This document shows, piece after piece, positions 1 through 10,279 of a stretch of DNA of 64,000 nt. The DNA is from Mobula hypostoma. Its lineage: Eukaryota. Numbering within the stretch: position 1 is the stretch's first letter; each line of letters opens with the position of its first letter. The notes under the pieces were generated by a model, which was given only the letters and a program-made list of their open reading frames with translations, was not told where the DNA came from and searched no databases. The DNA lies in NCBI RefSeq assembly GCF_963921235.1, contig NC_086097.1:177632001-177696000 (forward strand), read 5' to 3'. The position numbers and the translations under genes were made by a program.

Positions 1-119
1 CACCCAAATTGCTGCAGACTTTCACTGATTCTGTTATGAATTCATTGAGTATGTCCTCAAGAAGATGAATCTCAGGATTGTATATGGTAACATAATAAAT
101 TTACTTTGAACTTAGAACT

Positions 120-780
120 TTCAGTACAAGTGAACAGGGTGGCCACATAGGTAGACAGGGTGGTGAAGAAGATCCTTTGCATCCTGGCCTTTATCAGTCA
201 GTGGATCGAGTTTAGGAGTAAGGACATTATGTTGCAATTATACGTGTTGTAGGAGAGGCCACACTTGGAGCATTGTGTACAGCTTTGTTTACACTGTCAG
301 AAAAACGACATTGTCGAGCTAGAGAGGGGTCAGAAGAGATCTACAAGGATGCTGCCTGGACCAGAAGGCCTTAGAGACTGGCTATGTCGGACCTTTAGCC
401 TGGAGAGTAGGAGATTGAGAGTTGACTGAATATAAGTTTATAAAATCATGACAGGTATGGATAAGGCAGGAAGTTGCAATCTTTCCCTCAGGACCGCAGT
501 GTCCAAAAATAGAGGGCACAGATGCAACATAGGAGAGGAGATTTAAAAGAGACCGGAGAGGTAACTTCTTATACAGATGATGCTGAGAACCTGGAATGAG
601 CTGCTAGAGGAAGTGGTCATTTTGGGAGCAAATGCAACTTTTAAGACATACTTGGCCAGGTACATGGAAAGAGTGGTTTGGAGGGTTATGGGCCGAACAC
701 AGGTAGCTAGAGCTTGCAGTAAGGATGCTGTTATTGGCATAGACCAGTTGGGCCAAAGAGATTGTTGCTGTGCTATATCA
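120..780 (+). mobile_element. CR1 LINE 3' fragment
   Basis: RPHLEHCVQ-type motif (GGCCACACTTGGAGCATTGTGTACAG), WNELLEEVV, CR1-like 3'UTR. Confidence 0.8.
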
Positions 781-1019
781 CTGGACATTCTGCCCATTGA
801 CCAACTCCACAAGTTCCATTCACCGCCCTCCTCCACAGTCCCATGGATCGCACTTACTTGGAAAGATGATCATTACTGTAAGAAATGCTGCAGGCATTTG
901 GAGCACAGCACAATCCCACAAATCAGGATGAGGAGACTGATGAGATTTAATGATTGTAGTGATGTCGAGGAAGGGGTATATTCTTTCTAGGACATAAAAG
1001 GGAACTGGACACGGAAATA

Positions 1020-1530
1020 TTTGCAGATGCTGGAAACTGGAGTAACACACAGAGTGCTAGAGGAACTCAGCAGGTCAGACAGCATCTGTGGAGGGAAATG
1101 GACAGCTGCTGTTTTGGGTCAAGACCCTTCATCTGGACTGAAAGTGTAGAGAGGAGATAGCCAGTATAAAGAGGTGATGGGGGAGGTGGAACAGGAACTG
1201 GCAGGTGGTAGGAGGATCCAGCTCAGAAGGGGTGGAAGGCAGATGGAGGGGGGAGAGTGGGAATAGTCACAGAGGCTGGGGTTGTGATTTGGAGCTGACA
1301 AAGGGCTGCAGATCTGCAGATGGTGGGAACATAGAAGAGAAAGGTGGAGTTTGGTACAAAATAAAGGAGGTAGGTAGGGCATAGGGGAACAGTGAGGGAG
1401 AAAGTGTGCGATGGGCAGATGGTGGGGGTTGGAGAGGGGAAAGAAACAGTATGATGGGATCTGGCTTGGATGTAGGAGGATCTGGATGGATCAGAAGGAG
1501 ATTGAAAAGGGACAGATGGGGAGCAGAAAT
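1020..1530 (-). mobile_element. Penelope-like 3' terminal fragment with degenerate hammerhead (1103-1140)
   Basis: GCAGATGCTGGAAA..GAGGAACTCAGCAGGTCAG..GGGTCAAGACCCTTCATCTGGACTG followed by a purine-rich tract, homologous to 35254-35700. Confidence 0.75.
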
Positions 1531-2924
1531 TTTCATTTCATTTCAAAGGGAACTCCTCTGTTCTTCCCTGGCATCATAATCATGTGTTCTTCTAAGGGAG
1601 CATGACATCCTTCCTATATCTGGGTGGCCAAAACTGCACACAGTTCTCTAGTGCGTTCTCAACAACATCTTGTGCAGTTGTGACATGGCATCCCCATTCC
1701 TGTTCTCAATGTCCTGAGCAAGTGAACGCTGTGTGTGTCAATCACATTCCTCACTCTCTAACATGTTAAACAAAGTGAAATGAAAGTACAGTTCGGTAAT
1801 AACTTCTGGAAAATTCTTCCTGTCCAGACCATCACCATTTCAAGGATTCTAGATTATCAGAGTTTCACTTCTATTCCACAGTTTTTCACTTCTCTGTAAT
1901 ATCCCTAAATATCTGCCCCTCAATATTTCTCCCCCTCATCAGTAACTTTTGAACCTACCCAGTAATGTATACCCTACTTCCTACCTCTAACTCCCCTGGG
2001 ACAGCCTATCTCACCAGCACCGTAATCTCTTCAATAATTCCAGCAACTCCTCCTCCTTCCTTTAATCCCTCTGCCCCTCATGAGCACCAAATTTATGAGA
2101 AAACTAGGCTAAACCATCTCAGTACTTCCAGCAATTCCTGTTCAACTTCCAAGTCACCAGACAGATTATCACTGACTGAAAAGTCAATGTCAAGTTTATT
2201 GTCAAATGCACAGCTACATGTTTGCTCAGGTGTAATGAGAAACATGTGCAGCTGCATCACAGGCTCAGAGCATCAGATACACAGTATTCACAAGAGAAAC
2301 ATAAATTAAATATAAATTCAAAGTACATTTATTATCAAAGTATGTATAGGTTATACAACCTTGAGATTCGTCTCCTTACAGTCAGCCACAAAACAAGAAA
2401 CCCCAAAAGAACCCTTTTAAAAAAAAGGCAAATACCTAACGTGCAGAGAGAGAGAAAAAACAAATCATGCAAGCAATAAATGTAATCAAACGGCATTTAG
2501 AATGAAAGTGCCTCCTCAGACTCGAAGCCCAGAGCAGCCCCAGCCTCAGCCTGAGTTCAGCACATAGAGGAGTAAACATCGCAGAGCCCGCAGACGCAAA
2601 GCTCGGAGCTGTCTCACAGCCTCAGCTTCAGTTCAGTTCAATTATACATAACTGATACCAGAAAGAGTTCAATTAGAACAAAAACAAAAGCACAGTTCAT
2701 TTTATTGGTTATAGAGTAGTGTGCTGTTTTGTTTAGTTTTCAATCCCATAGTCAGTATAAGCATTCTGTTTCATCCCTGTTGCCTCAGAGATGAGATGCT
2801 TTAATGTATAAGCAATGAACAAAATCAAGAAACCTTTCAGAAAGTAAATCACATAAAATTAAGTGTATGTGAACAGAGCCATATGAAATTTATTGAACTG
2901 GGCTTTCGAACCAGTTTTCTGTTT

Positions 2925-3585
2925 GTGTGTGTGTTGGTGAATATGTGTGCTTATGTGTGTATGTGTGGGTGGGTGAGTGTGTGTGTGTATGTGTGTTTGA
3001 GTGTCTATCTGTGCTTGTGTGGATGTGCATGTATGTATATAACTGATTCTGTGTGCGTGCGTGTGTGGGTGAGTATGTGTGTTTGTGTGTGTGTGTGTAT
3101 GTGTGTTTGAGTGTCTGTGTTTGTGTAGATGTGCATGTATGTATATGACTGATTCTGTGTGAGTGTGTGTGTGTGTTTGTGTAGATGTGCATGTATGTAT
3201 ATGACTGATTCTGTGTGAGTGTGTCTGTGTGTAGATGACTGATTCTGTGTGAGTGTGTGTGTGTTTGTGTGTGTATATGACTGATTCTGTGTGTGAGTGT
3301 GTGTGAGTATGTGTGTGTGTGTATATATGACTGATTCTGTGTGAGTGTGTGTGTGTGTGTGTGTGTATATGACTGATTCTGTGTGAGTGTGTGTGTGTGT
3401 GTGTGTGTAGATGACTGATTCTGTGTGAGTGTGTGTGTGTTTGTGTGGATGACTGATTCTGTGTGTGTGTGTGTGTTTGTGTGGATGTGCATGTATGTAT
3501 ATGACTGATTCTGTGTGTGTGTGTGTGTGTGTTTGTGTGGATGTGCATGTATGTATATGACTGATTCTGTGTGAGTGTGTGTGTT
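2925..3585. repeat. Compound (TG)n microsatellite/minisatellite
   Basis: About 11 copies of the anchor GACTGATTCT separated by variable TG tracts. Confidence 0.95.
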
Positions 3586-3919
3586 TCCCAGCTGTTGAAT
3601 GTGCACTGTTCACTAATGCCAGCTGCTGGTTTCAGTGAATGCAATCATACGTGTCTCTGAAAGATTTCTGGCTCTGTTCTCAGGGAGCTGACAACTTGTC
3701 AAGGTCCTGCACTTGATCTCAGCAGCTGAAGTAGGCATAAGCGTGTGTTGGCCCTCACCACTCACTTCCCAGAGAACAAGTTCAGTGGAATTAATCTCAG
3801 GAATCGCTCATTAAGGAACAGAATGAACCTTCAGGAGGAGGTACTGCCTCTTTGCTCTTCATTGGATAACCACAAGCTTTGGTGACTGACTCACGTATTT
3901 TACTGCTACGTCCCTATAC

Positions 3920-4600
3920 AAAGGGATCTGGGAATACAGGTCCTTAATTCATTGAAAGTGGTGTCACATGTAGAAGGGTCGTAAAGAAAGCTTTTGGCAC
4001 CTTGGCCTTCATAAATTATAAGTATTGAGGACAGGATTTGGGATGTTATGTCGAAGTAAAATGTTGATGAGGCCTAATTTGGAGCATTGTGAGCACCTAC
4101 CTAGAAGGAAGATGTAAGTCAGGTTGAAAGAGTACAGGGAATATTTACAAGGATGTTGCTGGGTCTGGATGACCTGAGTTATAAGGAAAGATTGAATGTT
4201 AGGACTTTATTCCTTGGAATGTAGAACACTAAGGGGAGGTTTGATAGAGCGCTCAAAATTATGAGGGGTATAGCGTAAATGCAATCAGGCTTTTTTCACT
4301 GAGGTTGAGTGGGACTACAACTAGAGGTCATGGGTTATGGGTGAAAGGTGAAAAGTTTAAGGAGAACACGAGGGGAAACTTCTTCATTCAGAGGGCTGTG
4401 AGAGTGTGAAATGAGCAGCCAGCACAAGTTTTGCATGTGAGCTCGATTTCAACATTTGAGAGAAGTTCGGATAAGTACATGGATAGTAGGGGTATGGAGG
4501 GCTATGGTCCAGGTTCAGGTTGATGAGACTAAGCAGTTTAATTGGTTTGGCATTGAACAGGTGGACTGAAAGGCCTGTTTCTGTGCTGTACTTCTCTACA
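3920..4600 (+). mobile_element. CR1 LINE 3' fragment
   Basis: KAFGTLAF, RPNLEHC, FTRMLLGL remnants; tail GGCCTGTTTCTGTGCTGTACTTCTCTA. Confidence 0.85.
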
Positions 4601-5019
4601 CAAGACACTGTCAATCACATTCCTCTAAACTACACCTCACCGATAATTTCCTTAATGCCTGACCTCCAGAGTTGTCTGTGTGAAGTTTGCACATTCTCCG
4701 TGTGACCGTTCCAGGTGCTTCGACCATATATGTTTCCCCAGGTGCTCCAGTTTCATCCTACATCCCAAAGGTGGGTGGGATAGTGGCTATGTTTTCAAAA
4801 GTGGGGAGTCTAGCACAAGAGGTCACAACCTTAGAATTAATAGACAACCCTTTAGAGCAGAGATGTGAAGGACTTTCTTTAGCATGAGGTTGATGATCCT
4901 GTGGTTTCACTGCCACAGACAGCTGTGGAAGCCAAGTCATTGGGTATATTAGTAAGGGCAGCAAAGGTTATGGGGAGAAGGAAGAAAAATAGAGTTGAGA
5001 GGAGGCCTAGCTGGATCAT

Positions 5020-6025
5020 CTACTCAGCACTTCTGACTGAAGATTGTTGCAAATGCCTCAGCCTTATCTTTTGCACAGGTGTGCTGGGCTCCTCTATCAT
5101 TGAGGATGGGAAAATTTGTGGAGCCTCCTCCTCCGGTGAGTTGTTTGATGGTCCACCACCATTTACGGCTGGATGTGCTTAGAACTTACATCTGATCCGT
5201 TGGTTGTGGGACCATTTAGCTCTGCCTATTACTATCACAAAGTACATTCTGTGCCCTTGCCACGCTTAATGCCTCCTCCAAGTGCTGCTCGACATGGAGA
5301 AGTACTGATTCCTCAGTGGAGGGAGGACAGTACATGGTAATCAGCAGAAAGTTTCCTTGCCCATGTTTAACCTGGTGCGATGAGACTTCATGAGGTCCAG
5401 AGTCGATGTTGAGAGTGGGCAGGACAAATTCCTGTCTACTGTATACCTATGTGCCACCACCCTTGCTAGATCTGTACTGCCGGTGAGACAGTACATACTC
5501 AGGAATGGCGATGGTGGAGTCCAGAATATTAACTTAAGGTATGATTCTGTCAGTACAACTATGTCACGCTGTTGCTTGACTAGTCTATGAGACAGCTCTC
5601 CCAACTTTGGCACAAGTCACCAGATGTTAATATGGAGGACTTTGTAGGGTTCAACAGGGCTAGTTTTGCCATTTTCATTTCCAGTGCCTAGGTCAATGCC
5701 GGGTTGTCTGTCGGGGTTCATTCCTTCATTGATACAACTGGATGGCTTGCTAGGCCATTTCAGAGGGCATTTAAGAGTCAACCACATTGCTGTGGGTCTG
5801 GAGTCACATATAGCCCAGACCAGCTAAGTACGGCAGGATTCCTCCCCTAAAGGACATTAGTGAACCAGATGGATTTTTACAACAATCGACAAGGTTTCAT
5901 TGTCATCAGATATTTTTACTGAACTCAAATTCACCATCTGCCATGGTGGGATTCAAACGCATGTCCCCAGTGTATAATTGGGTCTCTGGATTATTGATCC
6001 AATGATAATTACCACTACGCAAAAT
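5020..6025 (-). mobile_element. APE-type non-LTR retrotransposon 5' part with a tRNA-derived head (clade unresolved)
   Basis: Minus strand A-box TGCGTAGTGGT (6011-6021) and B-box GTTTGAATCC (5949-5958), then endonuclease KVLHINIW*LVPKLGELSHRLVKQQRDIVVLTESYL..KGGGT..ITMYCPPS. Confidence 0.75.
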
Positions 6026-6668
6026 CTCCCCTTTGCTGGGCTGAATGGTTTTCAACGTTGAAAGATATTATTATTCAGTTCCTCTAATTGGCAGAGACAA
6101 AATGAGGCACTTTCCACAAGTCATAGTTTTACAGAACAGAAACAGGTCTAACTCATCCAGGCCAACCAAGGTACCTATCTGAGCTAGTTCCATTTGTCAA
6201 TTACAACTTGAAGCAGTCTTGGAAACTCTGGGATAAGGGATCAGCCAGTTGCTACGTGACTGTCAGACCTGAAAAGCAGAGCAGACATCAAGAAAATTAT
6301 CAGTGAAATTATCAGGTATCAAGAAAATTTCCTTATAAGGGCAATATACAAACATAAATGCACATTGGTGCTGTTGGTTGCTTGTGTGTAAGTGCAGAGT
6401 TGTTCTGCAATGTTGAGAGTTTGCTTCAAGATTTTCTCCTCCAACAGAAATTATGAAACATGAGTTCTTAAATCTCCTTCCTTCCTGCCTTCTTTCTTTC
6501 CTCTTTTCTATTTTTGTGGAGGTCACATTGTTGCAAGATGAAAGTCCACAAAATTTATATGAGGATAGATACCTCTTTGGATGCAAAATTAAAGACCAAA
6601 GATTTGTAATCTTCGGCACACTTGCCTCACAGCTCTGCACATCGCAGAAACCAGCCTCCCCTCCATGG

Positions 6669-7200
6669 AACATAAGAACATAAGAAATAGGAGCAGGAGT
6701 AGGCCATCTGGCCCGTCGAGCCTGCTCTGCCATTCAATGAGATCATGGTTGATCTAGTCATGGACTCATCTCCCCCATAACCCTTAATTCCCCTTCTATG
6801 CAAAAATCTATCCAATCTTGTCTGAAATATGTGGTACTCTGAAAACTGTGGTAGCCTCCAGTGCTTCATTGGGCAGAGAATTCCACAGATTCACCACTCT
6901 CTGGGAAAAGTAGTTCTGCCTCATCTCCATCCTAAATCTACTCCCCCAAATCTTGAGGCTATGTTCCCTAGTTCTAGTCTCATCTACCAGTGGAAACAAT
7001 TTTCCTGACTCTATCCTATCTAACCCTTTCATAATTTTATATGTTTCTATGAGATCTCTTCTCATTCTTCTGAATTCCAGCGAGTACAGTCCCAGGCAAC
7101 TCAATCTGTCCTCATAGTCTAACCCCCTCATCTCTGGAATCAAACTGGTGAACCTTCTCTACACCGCCTCCAAAGCCAGTATACCCTTCCTCAAGTAAAG
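6669..7200 (-). mobile_element. CR1 LINE 3' fragment (young)
   Basis: ORF 6808-7143 GLYSLEFRRMRRDLIETYKIMKGLD..FSQRVVNLWNSLP; tail (TTCTTATG)n at 6669-6687. Confidence 0.92.
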
Positions 7201-7319
7201 AAAAGTAACTAGGACTGAGCAACGACCTTGACGGACATCACAGCTTGGTGCCATCTTGAGCAGATGGTACACTGTTCTTCCGTATCATTTATTGAGAAGG
7301 TGCAGACATGACAAGGAAC

Positions 7320-7565
7320 ACCAACACTTATTGTCTGTCCTTAATTGCCCGTGAACTGAGGAAGTTGTTAAAGGTTAAATACTTTGTTTAATATTAGCTG
7401 TGTCAGGTAAGTATGCTAGTGAATTAGATGGGTTTTACAGCAATACAAGAGTCAAAATTATTCAAGTTGCTTAAATGCTCCAGAAGGATTTGAACTCACA
7501 TGTCTAGATCACTAATCAAGGCTTTGGATGCTAGTCCAGTAACTTAACCACTGTTCTATCATTCC
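7320..7565 (-). mobile_element. Old tRNA-derived SINE related to the head of the 5020-6025 element
   Basis: Minus strand CAGTGGTTAAGTTACTGGACTAG..GAGTTCAAATCC; body AAAACCCATCTAATTCACTA matches 5860-5880; tail GGGCAATTAAGGAC. Confidence 0.55.
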
Positions 7566-7798
7566 CCCGATTGCGACTCAACACTGTGATTGCCTCTGAT
7601 GCGCCCTGTCAAACCTCGCAGCTATCAAAACTGTTCACCATCATTTTGTCATGGGCAGCTTGAGCTGGGCAGCAAATGCTGAGGCACAAGAGATTCTGCA
7701 GATGCTGGATCCTAAATAGGGTTTGCATTTTGACAGATGCATTTGAAACCTTAAACCAACAGTGCCCTAATATCATAGATGCAAGAGATTCTGCTAAA

Positions 7799-8030
7799 GC
7801 TGGAAAACTTAGGCAATGCACACGAAATGCTGGAGGAGCTCAGCAAGTCAGGCAGTACCTATGGAGGGAAATAATCAGTTGGTGTATTGGACTGCATCTT
7901 TCATCAATCCTGACTCAGTTCTGATGACGGGTCTTGGGCCAGAATGTCAACTGTTCACTTCCCTCCACAGTTGCTGCCTGAACTGTTAAGTTCCTCCAGC
8001 ATTTTGTGTGCTTTGCTGAAGATTTCCAGC
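7799..8030. mobile_element. Fold-back element made of two inverted Penelope termini
   Basis: 7799-7913 is an imperfect reverse complement of 7915-8030 (GCTGGAAA..CACACGAAATGCTGGAGGAGCTCAGC vs GTTCCTCCAGCATTTTGTGTG..TTTCCAGC). Confidence 0.85.
7916..7953 (+). ncRNA. Minimal type I hammerhead ribozyme relic
   Basis: CAGTT-CTGATGA-C-GGGTCTTGGGCC-AGAAT-GTC-AACTG: perfect 5-bp stem I, intact CUGAUGA and GUC, degenerate GAAAC. Confidence 0.68.
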
Positions 8031-8579
8031 ATTTTCTGTGTGTTATAGAAACTGCTGGTCTTGCCCATAACATTTACATACCAAAACGTGAATAAAAATA
8101 AATGCAGAGTGAGCTGATTCCTTCCATCGTGTGAACTGACAAAATAATTAATAAGAACTCTGATAAATAAGTCTCCTGACAGCAGGAACCAAAATAATCA
8201 CCTCCCTATCCCAACTCCCTTATCAAGAAGAAAAATAATTTTATTGGCTCTGTGAAACGACTTTTACTTCTAGGACACAAAATAAATCTTTTTGACAGAT
8301 ATTAATGTAGAGAAGGATGTATCATTGTCGGTGACAACCAATGACAGCTTAAAATATTTGCTTGGCTTTCTCCTCTGCCAAAGGACAGTGAGAGATATTT
8401 TAAACATTAGCCTGTAGCATTCTATTGAAGAATCCATGACCTTCCATGTATCTACTTTAAACAGATACAAAACAGGCCCTTCTGCCCACTGTGCTGTACT
8501 ATTTTATGTTCTATGTTGCCAATGTAAACTGCATATCCTGGCTGCAGTGTCCCTTACTCTCCATGAATCCCTGATCCAT

Positions 8580-9510
8580 AAAACCATAAGCCATGGGGGT
8601 GGAATTAGGCCATTCAGCCTACTGAGTCTGCTCTACCATCCGATCTTGGCTTAGTTACTTTCCCTCTCAACCCTAGTCTCCCACCTGCTCCCCATAATCT
8701 TTGAAACAAGTACTAATTAAGAATCTCCACTTTAAATACTGTATACCCAATGACTTGGCTCCACAGCAATGAATTCCACAGATTCAACACCCTCTGGCTA
8801 AAGAAATTTTTCTTTATTTCTCTTGTAAAGAGACATCCTCAGGGTAGAGGGGCGCCAGTACAGAACAGAGATGAGATGAGGAGCCAGTACAGAACAGAGA
8901 TGAGGAGGAATTTCTTTTTACCGAGAGGTAATGTTGCAGTTATATAGGACCCTGGTCAGACCCCACTTGGAGTACTGTGCTCAATTCTGGTCACCTCACT
9001 ACAGGAAGGACGTGGAAACCACAGAAAGGGTGCAGAGGAGATTTACAAGGATGTTGCCTGGATTGTGGAGCATGCCTTATGAGAATAGGTTGAGTGAACT
9101 CGGCCTTTTCTCCTTGGAGTGACGGAGGGTGAGAGGTGACCTGATAGAGGTGTATAAGATAATGAGAGGCATTGATCGTGTGGATAGTCAGAGGCTTCCT
9201 CCCAGGGCTGAGATGGCTAGCACGAGAGGGCATAGTTTTAAGGTGCTTGGAAGTAGGTACAGAGGAGATGTCAGGAGTAAGTTTTTTATGCAGAGAGTGG
9301 TGAGTGCGTGGAATGGGCTGCCGGCCGTGGCGGTGGAGGCGAAAAAGATAGGGTCTTTTAAGAGACTCCTGGATGGCTACATGGAGCTTAGAAAAATAGA
9401 GGGCTATGGGTAAAGCCTAGGTAGTTCTAAGGTAGGGACATGTTCGTCACCACTTTGTGGGCCAAAGGGCCTATATTGTGCTGTATGTTTTCTATGTTTC
9501 TATGTTTCTA
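8580..9510. mobile_element. CR1 fragments: - strand 8580-8835 and young + strand 8924-9510
   Basis: ORFs 8931-9122 and 9129-9413 ([37 protein letters not shown]); tail (TTTCTATG)n at ~9485-9510. Confidence 0.9.
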
Positions 9511-9569
9511 AGTAGCTGTGGAGTACAAGCCATCCTTCTTCAAGAAGCGTACAATGCTCCTTCAGTTGA

Positions 9570-10200
9570 CATCTTCTGGATAGATCATGAAACCATATAG
9601 TTCACTTCCTTTATGTCTTTTACATTTGTTTTTTTTCATCTTGAATGTGATTCTGGAACGGTTGGAGCCTGTGATTTGCAGTTTGGAGATTATTTGGGTA
9701 TTTCAGTCCCCGAGAGGATTCTGGGCAGCAGAGGCAGAGTACACAAACCTCGTGGCGAGAAGGCTGCGAGTCGATGTATGACTCCGTTTCACTGATTAAA
9801 GCTTCCATTGTTTGCTGATTTAAGCGATGACGGAGATTGAAATACCGACTGCCTGCCTTTAGATCGCTGAGGGTTCGCTCTGCTACGGAGAGGGAGAATA
9901 TGCCCAGGTCTTCTGCATTTTGGATGTGGACTTGGACTGTGGATTTTGTTTTTAGTCTTATGGTTTTTTTGTATTCTTATTTTTCGCCCAATATTTCTCA
10001 TTCTTGTTGTGTGCAGGAAAGGGGGATTTGAAGGTTGATGTACCTGTTCTGTTTTTGTTCATTTTTTTGTGCAGGGAGAAGGGATTTGGGGGTTGATAAT
10101 TGTGCTGGCCTACTTTTCTTTCTTGGTTTCGTGGTTATCTGGAGAAGAAGAATTTCAGAGTCATGTATTTTGAGAATAAATGAAACTTTAAACCTTTGAA
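9570..10200 (+). mobile_element. Unclassified non-coding retroposon ('family X')
   Basis: Shares GGAGCCTGTGATTTGCAGTTTGGAG, GACTCCGTTTCACTGATTAAAGC, TGGACTGTGGA and the 3' end TTTCGTGGTTATCTGGAGAAG..AATAAATGAAACTTTAAACCTTTGAA with 27610-28710. Confidence 0.7.
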
Positions 10201-10279
10201 GCTGCTCACAGTATTTCAAAAGTTGTCTGACTGATGCCTTGTAAAGGCTCAGCATTACATCTTTGCTTTTATATTACTA

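Noticed and set aside
2925..3585. CRISPR-like repeat/spacer periodicity
   Set aside because: Spacers are TG microsatellite rather than unique sequence, the repeat is only ~12 bp, the context is eukaryotic and there are no cas genes.
2859..3644. Long His/Thr-rich ORFs (261, 238, 202 aa)
   Set aside because: Translations of the (CA)n/(TG)n array, open in several frames; no coding signal.
6263..6733. 156-aa ORF as a host exon
   Set aside because: Starts in a CR1 3'UTR; the remainder has no recognisable homology or convincing splice sites.
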